A stretch of DNA of 62,910 nt, filler included, from Rhabdomonas costata (Eukaryota), in the NCBI GenBank assembly GCA_019059605.1. It is 29 parts of 29 records of this genome, joined end to end, with 100 filler letters (N's around TTAATTAATTAA, not from the genome) between each part and the next. Parts side by side here need not be neighbours in the genome. Positions count along the whole stretch, not along the records: positions 39,134 to 41,205 come from JAHMHO010005878.1; positions 41,306 to 43,378 come from JAHMHO010005879.1; positions 43,479 to 45,550 come from JAHMHO010005880.1; positions 45,651 to 47,723 come from JAHMHO010005881.1; positions 47,824 to 49,891 come from JAHMHO010005882.1; positions 49,992 to 52,062 come from JAHMHO010005883.1; positions 52,163 to 54,235 come from JAHMHO010005884.1; 22 more parts are not named here. The stretch is one strand, 5' to 3'. Position numbers and translations under genes: made by a program. The first letter of the stretch is position 1. Every line of letters starts with the position of its first letter. The notes beneath the pieces were generated by a model. That model searched no databases. It was given only the letters and a program-made list of their open reading frames with translations, and was not told the origin of the DNA. Positions 39,600-52,193 of this stretch are shown here, piece by piece.

Positions 39600-40783
39600 C
39601 AGCGAGGAACATGTTCTTGTCAAGCCTCCGGTCCGGGTTGCCCAGCACATAGTCCAGCACAACAAGATCCCCGAAGGCGGGCCACAAGTTGGCCGCCGAC
39701 GGGGGCACCCTCTGTGCCACCACTGAGCGGTTCTCCCGGGGGTCGAACAGGGGCTGCAGGCGGGCCACCTTCCGCCACACGGAGTTGCGGTAAGAGTGCA
39801 AATCGTACACCCAAAACTGCACTGATACCCCGGCGCACAAAACCCCACCACGGGTCACGAAGTTTGGGGTCACTGAGGGACTCTCGAAGAAGTCCTCCAC
39901 CATCTTGCACAGTAGAAGCGGAACGGTCACGATAAAAATTCGACTCACCTTCAGGATTAGCTTCTTTTCTATGTCCAGTTCAGCAGAAATCCTCTCCCAA
40001 AAACAGGGCAATCTCTGAAATCTGAAAATGTTCCCGGGGATGGGTTCGAAATTCATGGGGGACAGCAGGCGATGCACGTCACGGCAAGCATCGCTTTGAT
40101 ATGACGCAGATGTGGGGGCAGACCCCACACAGTAATTTCACAAACCAAAAGAGATATGACCAAGTTAATTGCACCCAAAACCTGCGAAAAGTTACTCTAC
40201 AAACGACGGCAAAGCATTGGCTTTTTAATTCGCAGAAAGCAGCACAGTCTCAGCACGAAACTCCCAAACACCGCGTACTGAAATACAGAAGATCACACAA
40301 CGCAAAACAGTACCCAGCGGGCAAACGTGGGGTCCACCCAAGTCGAGTTCAGACTGTCCCGAAGGGTCTGTACAGGAATCTCTAGCCACCCTGTGGGAGG
40401 GACCTGTAAACACCGCCAAAGGAGTTCAAATGCAACCCCACAGAACCTGCTTTTGCTCTTCTCTCCAGTATTTTTTCATTCACACAGTTGCTTGGGCAGC
40501 ATTTATGTCTGGTTTAGCTTTGTCATAAACTGATTCGTTCGAATTCCAGTTCTCCGCCATTGGTCATCGCGACGTTGCTGATTCATTCAGAATCGATGTC
40601 TTAGTTACTACTTCTCCCTTTGGTTGTGGAAAGCAAGGGGTGGCTGCACACCAAGCCGAAACCCAGGGCACGATCGACACGAAATGCCAGGTACTCGCTG
40701 TTGGGCTCAAAGGAAAACTTGCTCTGAGGGACCTTCGCCACCGCAGTCACCCCGCGGGCCTTGTACCTCACCCGGAACTTTAG
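39600..40783 (-). CDS. Four-jointed/FAM20-like atypical (secretory-pathway-type) kinase, partial
   Basis: Exon 40783-40652 (AVAKVPQ...EPNSEYLAFRVDRALGFGL), exon from 40403 (VPPT...) and exon 39903-39600 (GVSVQFWVYD...FGDLVVLDYVLGNPDRRLDKN). Motifs E..AF..DR.LG...P and D...LDY..GN.DR. Confidence 0.75.
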
Positions 40784-41329
40784 CTGATGAGCACAAATAC
40801 CGTCGCACAAATACGCAGACAGGAACTGCGTGCATGCGATGGAAAGATTGCGACAAAACCTTCTAGGAGGGGGGATTTTGCAATATACGGCTCCCGGAAT
40901 TACAGTAGGTGCTACTGGTGGCTAGGTAAGCGATGCACAATTCCAATGCGTTTGTTCCAGGATTTCTAGGACCGCCCCGCAGTCCAAGATCCTGTGTCCT
41001 TGCACCTCTTCAAAGGGCCCACGCACACAACAGTCAGCAATGCCTCTCCCGGGCAAGGAGTGGGGATCAAAAATGCAACTGCGGACAGCGGGGATCCAGG
41101 ATGCGTCTTATATATAGGTGCCAACAGCGATTCAATATGCTGCTGAGATTAGAGCTGATGATGATATGAAGGCAGGGATGATGAATCGCTGTTGGCACCA
41201 AAACANNNNNNNNNNNNNNNNNNNNNNNNNNNNNNNNNNNNNNNNNNNNTTAATTAATTAANNNNNNNNNNNNNNNNNNNNNNNNNNNNNNNNNNNNNNN
41301 NNNNNGTTGTGGGGGACTTGCGTTAGTGT

Positions 41330-41870
<541 letters not shown>

Positions 41871-43511
41871 GCTTTCTTGATGTGCTTTACTTCGTGTGAA
41901 TTTACGGGTTTGGTGCCGTCTTCTGCTTCCTTGGACCTCATTATGCATAATATTTAGTTTGTTGTTGCTCACTTTTATACGATTTTTTGTTGGGGGCTGT
42001 GTTTGGACTGTTTGTTGCGTTGTGGAATATGCCTGGGTTTTGTTTGGTGTGTCAATCTGTAATGGTGCTGCTTTGCTTCAAGCATTTCTGTTGACTTGTG
42101 GTGCTTGTCTGGTGTTCGGTCCTATGCACGCTCCTTTGTATATTGAAAATGATCATCGTCAGAAATATTGGGCAACGTGATTGGCATCGTACAAAATGCG
42201 TTTAAAATCGTGCAAAATGAGTTGGCTACAGTGTAAAAATAGGCCTAAAATGCCTCACTTATTACATAAACATGGAAAAATCAACATTTATGCCAATAAA
42301 AGGCCTTCAAACTCGTTATAACTTTCCACTGTAACCTATAATACAGCGTAGCTGTGCTGAAGAGCATCAAAATTCAACAAAGAACAACCAACCAAAATAA
42401 AAAGTGAATTATTGCATCGAAAAAACACCCACACTTCACTAAATTGCTTTATCTGTAGTGTAGAGCGCACACTTTGAGTGTGTTATGGATGGGTCTTTTT
42501 GATTTGCTCCAGAATCTTATTAGTGCTCATTCTCACTCGCTAACGAAAGCCGTTTCCAAGACAAAGTTTTACAAAATACTCTAAACAACCAAGGATTTTG
42601 ACACTAATTTTCCATTCACTAAATGCTGTAGGGTGGTCTTGAGTTGGGGGGTCACGGAGGCACCTTATTGTGGTGGGGTGACCGACCATTCTTGGGGTTC
42701 TGAGTCGGAGTTCTGAGTTGTGGTTCTCAATTCGTGGTTCGGTCTTTGTGTTTTGGTTTTTGGTTTTCGCCTTCTGGTTCGGGTTTTGGGTTTTGGACTT
42801 CTGCCTTCTGTGTTTGTGTTCTGAGTTTGTTCCTTCGTTCTTTGCCTTCTGTTCTTCGTAGCTCTGTTGGTTCTTTCTCTCTTGGGTTCTGTGTCGGGTA
42901 TTGTATTTGGGTGCTTGGGTTGGATGTTTGCGTGCTTGGGTTCATGCCTTCATGGGTTAGGTGTTTGGGGCTTGTGTTCGGAGTTCTGGGTTCGGTACTC
43001 GCGTTCGGGGTTGAAGTTGTGCATCTTCTAGCTGCATATGCTTTCCAGGTAGTTGGCTTGCGTTCACGAATGGTCTCTATGGATTTCGGGTTCGTTTCTG
43101 CGGTTGGGTTGAATTCTGGGTTCTAAGATGGAGTGGAGATGGTGCGTTTTCTAGTGAGACGGTGTTGCAGTTCTGTATTTGTGGTTCGTGTATTGGCCTT
43201 CTTGTTGTGGAGTGCTTCTTCGGTAATCACGGTCTTCTTTGTGTGTATTGTGTCGGATTCTTTGTTTCCATGGGAGGTGCGTTCTGTGGTTAGGCATTCT
43301 ATCTAGGGACAAGTCACATGGAAACAAAGAATCCGACACAATACACACAAAGAAGACCGTGATTACCGAAGAACCACANNNNNNNNNNNNNNNNNNNNNN
43401 NNNNNNNNNNNNNNNNNNNNNNTTAATTAATTAANNNNNNNNNNNNNNNNNNNNNNNNNNNNNNNNNNNNNNNNNNNNACTTGCTCCACGTGTCTCCCTT
43501 TTTCCTTATAG

Positions 43512-44637
43512 GAACTCTGGCTTCCTTTTGTCTGTTGCATGGGTGACATCCTGGAGGTCAGCCTTGTTCTGGTGAGCCTCGGCGTTCCTGAGGAGAAAGT
43601 GTGTGGGGGGGGGCAGTGAAAAGGACTGCGCAATGGTGCATCCTTTGAAAGGCTGTCGTGGAAAATGTCTCACGATGCCCTGCCCTAGGTGGGGTTATAT
43701 TGCTTTAATTTTCCATTTTCGTCATTTTCGTCAAGCACAGCTTCCGTAACGGCAATTATAGCATTTCGCATCTTCAGTAGTTGCGAGAACTGCTGGTAGT
43801 GTTGCTGGTAGTCTGTGAGTTCGCGATACTTTGCTTGTAAACGTGACTACTCATCTTCTACCCGTATTTCCATTTCAGGTTCTGGGCCGTGGAAGCTTTC
43901 CCCTGCCCCAGGCCCTGTTTAGCTCACAGGCCACGTTTCCCATCTCCTCGGCTCCGTCCCCAAGTTCGTCGGACGACCCGAAGACGCCTTCCGTGCCCGT
44001 CGTTTTTGCAGCCCAGCTTCCACTTCACTCGGGCATAGAAGGCCCGAGCAGCAGCAACCCTGATTTTCACCCTGACTGTACTCTGGCTTGGCTCTCGCTC
44101 ACTTTGCGCTTATCTCCCGCTTCCGTTATGGTTCCTATGGAAACTGCGACCTGCACTGCTGATTTCTCCGTTCCTCCGCTCGTTACCTGCAGCACCGAAG
44201 GCGAGATCAGGTCACCGGATGGCTCCACCCCGCGCGAAATCGAGCCCCAGCCCTCGACCTCGCCCCTTCGGAGCAAGCTCTTTGCGACGATGCACAAGCT
44301 GGAGCTAAAGAACCGGCCTCCGCCCTATGGCCACACCTGCTCGGAGAAAGGCTGCTCGGATCCCTCAGAGCCCGTGGGGACCCATACCTTTCGGGGGTGT
44401 GTCTCGGCGGTGAGGGCGACGACCCGCCTGCGGGAGCTTTGCGAAGCGGACTTTGGGGACAGTGCAGAGGTGACCGAGACTCCACGGGTGGGCAAGGCTG
44501 TGCTTCGGTGGGGCCTTGCGGAGGCGATGTGGCTTTCCAGGCAGTTGTCCTGGCTTGCGATCGCGTACACAATTCTCTTTGGGTTAGCCTATACGTTCAT
44601 TCATTATGCGCCGCAGCCCCCGCGGGGGTCAAGTTGA
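43512..44637 (+). CDS. C2-like domain protein with C-terminal transmembrane anchor, 3' part
   Basis: Exons 43512-43598 and 43879-44637 (phase 0): ...GDILEVSLVLVSLGVPEEK|VLGRGSFPL... Hydrophobic LSWLAIAYTILFGLAYTFIHY lies just before the TGA. Confidence 0.55.
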
Positions 44638-46241
44638 CAGCTTGTGTGTGTAGTGTGCACTCGAGCTCGTTTTTCTGTTAAGATGACTTAAGGAAGTGGA
44701 AATACGGTTATGTTTCATTGTATGTTAAGCAGAAAAATCCGCAGGCGTGTCTCCGCTTGAATTACGGAAGGTTGAAGAAGGGGGGGATGCTCTTCTTCAA
44801 ATAAGTTGCAGCGGAGCGGGCCCTATTGTAATGATGGTGACCCATTCACAATCGTGTGGTCCAGATCGGGTGTCATTGGGGATTTTGAGGGGCGCATATG
44901 CCTTCCTCTTCCTGTCGAGGTTGTCCTGGAGAGGAAAAAGCTGTAAAGAGACTGCGACTGGGTGAGAGGCGAGCGCTGCGGTGGGTTGGGGGTCGAGGAG
45001 AAATACGGTTGCTTATGGAGGAGAAGGGATGGCATTGGGTATTGGGATAAATGACGCTTCTCCGAAGTTGGGCGGGTCGACCTTCTCCGTGGTCCCTCGC
45101 AATCTCTCGCTGTTAGGACGGATCTGACGACTGAATTGGTGTTTGCTCTGTTATTTCTGAAGGGGTTTCCGCTCCTTCTGGGCGCAATTTCGTGCCTTTC
45201 TTTGTGCAGCGTTTTTTTTTCATTCCGTGATGTCTCTGGCGAACCCAACGCTGGACCAGTTGCCAGCGATTCTGGAGGCGCAGATGCAACCTTCTCGCGC
45301 ACTCACCCCCGAGGAAACCCGGCTTCTGTGCGCTCTTTCCCCGGGGGGTGTAGCGAAGATCAACGCCGACTTATGCCGAGGTGCATCACCCACACAATGA
45401 TAAACAGCATAGCTCGCTGCCACCCTGATTTTACTCTGCTTTCTGCTTGTTCTTGGTTAGCTTCGTTTCACTGTGTTGCGTCCGCCAAAAAAACAGGAGT
45501 GGAACTCTCGAAGACCTTGGAGCAGCTTAGGGCGGCCTACCACCACCAACNNNNNNNNNNNNNNNNNNNNNNNNNNNNNNNNNNNNNNNNNNNNTTAATT
45601 AATTAANNNNNNNNNNNNNNNNNNNNNNNNNNNNNNNNNNNNNNNNNNNNGGTTGGTTGTGTAGGGAAGGCGTTTTCGTTGAGGCACAGGTATAGTTTTG
45701 GTTAGTGACCATGAAGGTTTTTCCCGCATTGTGTTGAGGTTTCGTGCGCGTGTTCTCTTTCTTTTGTTTACGTTTCGAGTCGCTCCAGTGCTTTCGCCTT
45801 TTCTTTATGTTGAACGGTCCGGAAAACGGTCCTGACACCATTGACCGGCCATGCAGCGTTTGGGAGGCCTGCCGGGTATAACAAATGCCTCGGACCTGCT
45901 AATCTTTTCGCGAGCGTAAAATCCTGATTTTGCGCGCGCACACACACGCTTGCACGTACACAGTACATACAAAAGAACTGACATGGTTCGGAGGAGCCGA
46001 TAGATAGATAGATTTTTTGATGAGCCTTTTCTCTGCGGATATTTTCTTTTTTGCATTTTTGAATTTTTGAAGGAGAAAAGTAGGAGGAAACAGGAAGGGT
46101 ATGACAACACACGTGTCTGCCGGGTGGCGGTGTTGTTTGTTTTGGTTGCTTTTGGTCCCCTGTTGTTTGCTACTGCGGCGAAGGGCAAGCACGCTTACTT
46201 CACCTGGCCCTTTCTTCCCCCTACCGCTTTGCCCTCCAAAG

Positions 46242-46317
46242 GAGTGAAGCAGATGACGTCCGACGCACTGCTCAGCTGCCCTTGCTGCTTCACGATGGTC
46301 TGTGTGGACTTTCAAAA
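46242..46317 (+). CDS. EAPP: E2F-associated phosphoprotein-like exon (upstream duplicate copy)
   Basis: AAG|...|GT exon VKQMTSDALLSCPCCFTMVCVDFQ matches the EAPP SDA.L.CP.C...C.D.Q motif. Confidence 0.8.
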
Positions 46318-47035
46318 GTGTGGCGTGCACCCCGCTGCTGCGAGTTTTCTCTCTGTTGTGTAGATGGGTTCCCAAACAGTGTTGCGCGTAGGCTTCGCAC
46401 AGCTGTGACAGTTTATTTGAACCATGGGATGGGGGGCTGAGTAGGGCGACGCTTTGCACCCGCTCGGGGAGCTCCCCCCGCCCACGCAGACATTGTTTTC
46501 CCGCGCCCGGGGAAACCGGCTCATCGGACGAAAACATCGGCCAAGGGTCCCCACGACCAGCATGTACACGGCGTGCGCACTGCGCCCGAGAGCGTGTTCA
46601 AAAAATGGGCTTGAAACATTACTTGTATATGGATTAGCTAATTTCCAAAAACATAGTTTCGGCATTTTCCCTTCCCCCCACTGAAGCGACGGACAGGCAG
46701 CATCCATCACAGCAAACGCGCCGGACATCAGAGGTCTCTAGTCACCAAAAGGTGGCAGGGGTGAGGCAAAACGCAAAACATATCAGAACCTCGACCAAGG
46801 GGTCCTGCGCTAACAGGCCAGAATCGGCCGTGTCCTTCTTCATCGCGTCCGATTTGTCTCCCTCCCTCCCTGCGACGCCGTCTTTGCTGTCCAGTTCCCT
46901 GTAAAAAAATCTCAACAACACGAAAATTATCCCGCATAGGATAGGCTGGAAGGCCGCGATGCTTGGATGCCACGCCGGGGGTAGGGGGTGTCGGCAGATC
47001 ACCGTCGCGCGCTGGTTCGCGAGGGTGAGGCCGGT

Positions 47036-47147
47036 ATGGCGAGAGAGTTCCGGTTTAACGAGCCCGACCCCTTCTTTGACCCCACGGCGGACGACCTGGA
47101 CGACTCCTGGGTTCAGGCTCGGGTGTTCCCAGGCTCTGCGGCCTCAG
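47036..47147 (+). CDS. EAPP: E2F-associated phosphoprotein-like first coding exon (downstream copy)
   Basis: MAREFRFNEPDPFFDPTADDLDDSWVQARVFPG (cf. EAPP D..YDP..D..D..WV). Its phase-1 donor is compatible with the SDALL exon. Confidence 0.75.
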
Positions 47148-48845
47148 GTTTGCTCGGTTGTCGTAGGGAAGGCGTTTACGTTGAGGCACAGGTATAGTTT
47201 TGGTTATTGACCATGAAGGTTTTTCCGCATTGTGTTGAGGTTTCGTGCGCGTGTTCTCTTTCTTTTGTTTACGTTTCGAGTCGCTCTAGTGCTTCTGCCT
47301 TTTCTTTATGTTGAACGGTCCGGAAAGCCGGACACCATTGACCGGCCATGCAGCGTTTGGGAGGCGTGCGAGGTATAACAAATGCCTCGGACCTGCTAAT
47401 CTTTTTACGAGCGTAAAATTCTGACCTTGCGCACACACACACGCTTGCACGTACACAGGATATGTGGTACATACAAAAGAACTGACATGGAGCCGATAGA
47501 TAGATAGATTGTTTGATGAACCTTTTCTCTGCGGATATTTTCTTTTTTGAATTTTTGAATTTTTGAAGGAGAAAAGTAGGAGGAAACAGGAAGGGTATGA
47601 CAACACACGTGTCTGCCGGGTGGCGGTATTGTTTGTTTTGGTTGCTTTTGGTCCCCTGTTGTTTGCTACTGCGGCGAAGGGCAAGCACGCTTACTTCACA
47701 TGTCCCATTCCTCCCCACCCCACNNNNNNNNNNNNNNNNNNNNNNNNNNNNNNNNNNNNNNNNNNNNTTAATTAATTAANNNNNNNNNNNNNNNNNNNNN
47801 NNNNNNNNNNNNNNNNNNNNNNNGGTGGGGTGTGGGATTCCGTATTCCTTGCTCGGGCGCAGTGTGCCAAAACACAAAATAGCCGTTCTCAGGGAAGAAA
47901 AAAAAGCCGTAGCGGCACCATACAGGACGCTGGAAATATGTTGGAAGAGCTTTGCATGAAAACCAAAGAACAAAAAATTATCCTGACCACCTCCACCCCA
48001 GGGGCCACGCCTGCCTCTTTGGAGGCCAAAGGTCGTTTTCTACTTCATCATCTTCTAACGTTTTCTAACGAAATTTTACGGACGTTTCTTTTGAGTTTCT
48101 TTTGCGATTTTTTTTACGAACGTGAAAAACGGCCAACCCTGCTAAAGTCTCTCCCCTGACAAGGTGGCTGGAGCGGCACCCTTTTCAGCTTATGTCACTA
48201 AACTTCTGTTCTTCAACAATCGAGTTTTCAATCTGACAAGAATTCTTGTATCTGGGAGGTGGCGGGCTGGTTACAAGGCAAAGCGATACTACGTCCCCCC
48301 ACCCCTACCACCACGGCCGAGGGTGAAAGGTCAGGAAACTCTGACCCCAAGGACCGGCCCCGCAGCGTTTCGGGAGGCCTGCTGTATACAAAAGACCCCA
48401 GGCCTGCTTCGGCTTTGCCGTGAGAACCCCTTATTTTCGCCTTCCTCTTCTTTGGTGTGTGATTTTGGGGATGGGGGCGGGCAAGTCTTCCCTCACCCAC
48501 GGACCATCCAATACCTTGCGCACTCCAACGCAACCTCTCCCGTTTTAAAATGTGAGAAGATATGAGGCGAAGGAGTGAATGGGCCGCCGTCCTCAGTAAC
48601 GCAGCCCCCGCTGTGAGAAATGGGGATTCGAGCAAGAGACAAAACGCACTTTTACAGCATTCTTTTGCTACCGTTGTAACCGTTGGGCTTTACATGTGTG
48701 GTGAAGCTTGAGTTTTTGGATTTTGGTACTTCAGCGGAGGGGCCTTTTAGCCGCTTCTATTGCGCCGATACCCAAGGAAACGAAACAAACAAACCCTCCA
48801 AGGCAGAACGCCACTCCGCGGAAAACCACAAAAAAAAAGGGCCAC

Positions 48846-49019
48846 CTCCAGGCCAGAGGCCTTCACCGCCTTCTTCACGGCGGGCAGCTTGCAGACCACA
48901 CAAACGGAGTCCTTGGCACACTTCACGTGCACCAGGCACTCGTCCGCAAATGTGCGGGGCTCCTTCGCTCCGATGGGCTCGTCGCACAGCACGCACACAA
49001 AGCAATCGATGTGGAAATC
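48846..49019 (-). CDS. LIM-domain protein exon
   Basis: Phase-0 AG/GT exon DFHIDCFVCVLCDEPIG...LVHVKCAKDSVCVVCKLP...VKASG. H..CF.C..C...H..C followed by the start of the next LIM domain. Confidence 0.85.
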
Positions 49020-49991
49020 CTGGAAGGAAATTTAGGAATCATGAATTAGACAAGAGCAGCGGCGGGAAAGAAAGAAAAAAAGGACAGAATACGAGCATCA
49101 GACAGCCTTACAAACACACCTGGGGTGGTGGGCACCTTCCCATAAGGAATCCTAGCAGCTAACGAAAGAAGGTCGAAAGATTTGGCGCAGAGGACATTAA
49201 ACCTATTCTCATCATTATGCGGATTGCTGTTTGTTTGTTTGCTTTTGTTTACAACCACAACCATCTCCCCACTCAACCAACCAAATGCAGTCCAAGCGAT
49301 AATATTAAGAACAACGCTGCCGTTCAAACGATCTTGATCTCAAAAAGCACCGATTTAGCATCCACAATGCATTGCTCATCCCAAATTCTATGCTAAAATG
49401 GACACTCTTTCACACCCGTTCAAAAAATGGTCACGGCTCTTCGATGCAAAGAGTTCTCCGCCCTTTCTTTCCGATGCTCCATGCAAACCTTTCCGAAGGC
49501 TCGTTGGGGATTTCCGTGAACGGGATCCTTGCACAGGTGGCAGATCGGAAGAAGCGGGGCGAGTCCACGCGGGGATACGAATGAGCCGAACACCGGGGAC
49601 ATCATGTGGTTCATCTTCAGAGGGGACCGACCAGGCGACGCGGCCGGTGAGGACAGCCATGACCGGGAGGAGTTCAAGGGAGAAGAGGCATCTGCAGTGC
49701 CGACGCCCAGGGAAGGCGCTGTCGCCAGTAGCCGGCGGCTGGCCTCCGCAGCCGTCCCGACGATGTGCAGTTGCGGCACCACAGCAGGGGAAGCACGTGT
49801 GCTGTCCGGGTTGGGGGAAAGTTTCCCATCAACTCGCCCGTTTTCGGCAAAAACCTCAACAGAGCGAGGAACACCGGACTCTCCCTCCGAGNNNNNNNNN
49901 NNNNNNNNNNNNNNNNNNNNNNNNNNNNNNNNNNNTTAATTAATTAANNNNNNNNNNNNNNNNNNNNNNNNNNNNNNNNNNNNNNNNNNNN

Positions 49992-50898
49992 CGGAGATCA
50001 CGGCCGCGGTGTTCCCCGGGGTAGACCTGCCCCAGATCAGCTCCCGCGAGAGCGCCCGGCTCTCCCTGCACAGCTTCGACACCAGCTCGATGTGCTCCGA
50101 CGTCACCACCTCCACCTACCTCACCGTTAGCTCAGATGAGGACGAGTCCTTCGACGGAAGGGTGTGCCGCTGGGCTGCTCTTGTCATGAGTCTTGTCATG
50201 AGTGCCTTTCTTTTCGCCCGTGATTCGAGACGCATGATGTGCGATTTTCTTGAGGGAGGGAGTATCTGAGTGACCAACGTTTAGTGCCTTGCGTTGCAAG
50301 TGTGATGGTTGGGACTGATTAGATTATAGCTTTAGTTTTCTGCTCATTCGCGGTGTGGTCTGCTTTTAGAGACAACGCTTTTAGAGACAAGAGATATCCT
50401 TCCCTCTCCCCAATCTCACGGCCCTCCCCATCGCCCGTACAGCGCCTCTCCTCACTTCTTCCCTCTTGCTCTGTTGTAGAAACGTTGTCCTGAAACTGGT
50501 TCTCCCGCAGTTCTCCTCTTGTAGTTTCCACACTGGACCTTTAAACATGCCTTTCCTTTTCTACTCCACCACCACCTTCCCTGGTTCCCTAACTCATTGC
50601 TTGCAAGCACTCGTTCCTTTAGCAAAAGGGTGGAAAGGAGTTGCCCTTGCTGTCGCGTGCTGGGCGGTCAGCGGATTGGCGTGCGGTGTAGTATCTAGTT
50701 TTTCACACACATCATGAAGAAAATTATCCCCTAATCATACTTTGATTGATTGTTCTGTCACGTCCGTTCCAGCATCACCTGAGTTGCCTTGTTGCCTCTG
50801 TCCAGGTTACCCAGGTGGTTCAGCTGCGCAGTGCGGCCGCCAACGCCGCGGAGGCCAGCTCCGCAGCCTCAGACCGGCAACCTCCCCGGAAAGCGTAG
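49992..50898 (+). CDS. Uncharacterised gene, 3' exons
   Basis: Ser-rich open segment to about 50161 ending at a GT donor, and a probable terminal exon from about 50806 (VTQVVQLRSAAAN...RKA*). Confidence 0.35.
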
Positions 50899-52193
50899 CG
50901 CAACATCACTGCTCACTGGCTTTCCTTTTCTGCTGGCCAGGGTGGGAAACTCTCTTTTGCGGCATCTTTGGGTGTGGCGTGGCCACCGCAAGTCTGCCGG
51001 CATTGCCCTCTCCCCCGCCCTCGTGTTTGCGATCTATCCCTTCAATGTGCACTTACTTCATTGCCGTCTGTACGAGTTCCTTCTGGTTCTTCAAGTTGGG
51101 GTGTTGCTTGTGGGATCCTGTCCCGTCGTTTTTATTTTGGACGGCATGTCCTTCTGTGCCGCACCCGCGCTGCCTCCGACCTCAACATATAAAATAATAT
51201 ATGGGGATTTGCGCACAAACAAACATGAGCGACTGGTTTTGGAGCTGCGAAGAAGAGGTCACACCCTCCTCATCTGTTTCTCATTTATTGGGCAAAGGTG
51301 TTGTCGTCGGTCTGCTTTAATAATCCGATGCTTTTGGATGCACCACGAACGCTAGCAATTGATTTCAACACCTTGCAACCACAGAGCTGGGGACACGCAT
51401 TGCATTGAACCCAGTGCCCTTGAACCCTATCGATGATAAGTTGCCCATTCTTTCGTTTCTTTTTGCAGCACCATTTTAACATTTGGGGTCGGGCTCGCTT
51501 TGCGAGACCCATTTGCTGCTTGCTCGAGTGTGGCATGTGAGGGTGAGGGGGCTGGTCTGCAATGATGGGAGTGCCGCTGTGGAGCCTCGGGGTGCTGCTC
51601 AATGTTGCCGGGAGTCTGGGTATGCCATGCCACCACATACCCTTGGCTCTCGAGGTGACTGGATGAAAAAGCTATTGTCTGTGTGTGTCGACCGTCTGGT
51701 GACCTGTTTCCCGAATTGTATCTTTTCTTGAGCCCCAGAACAGCAACTTAGGCAATGTCCTAGAGGACCATAGCCGCCGATGAACACCTGAGCAATTGCT
51801 ATGTTGGAGCCTGTGATAAGCTGGAAGCCACCCTAGTGCGCGGCCAGAGCGGTGAAAAACAAAAATTCGACTTTTTTTTCAAGAAGTTATTTCCCCAGCT
51901 CGGGGTCATGTAAAGTGATCCTGTACCCACTACATGACGTTATTTTACCGCAAGGGGGTTAGGTGTGCTGTTCTACTGACCCCCTGGATGCCGATTTTGT
52001 ATAAAAAGTGTAAAAATTTTCCACCGTTTAACTGTGTTAAACGTTTTCCCGCCCCCCACCCCNNNNNNNNNNNNNNNNNNNNNNNNNNNNNNNNNNNNNN
52101 NNNNNNTTAATTAATTAANNNNNNNNNNNNNNNNNNNNNNNNNNNNNNNNNNNNNNNNNNNNGGACGCGTCGGAGGTTGGCATTGGAGCGACA

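Larger units (their letters stand above)
45659..47700 (+). repeat. Diverged direct duplication: 45659-46204 is repeated at about 47159-47700 (EAPP intron)
   Basis: Near-identical copies of about 540 bp spaced about 1.5 kb apart, with scattered substitutions and small indels. Confidence 0.95.
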
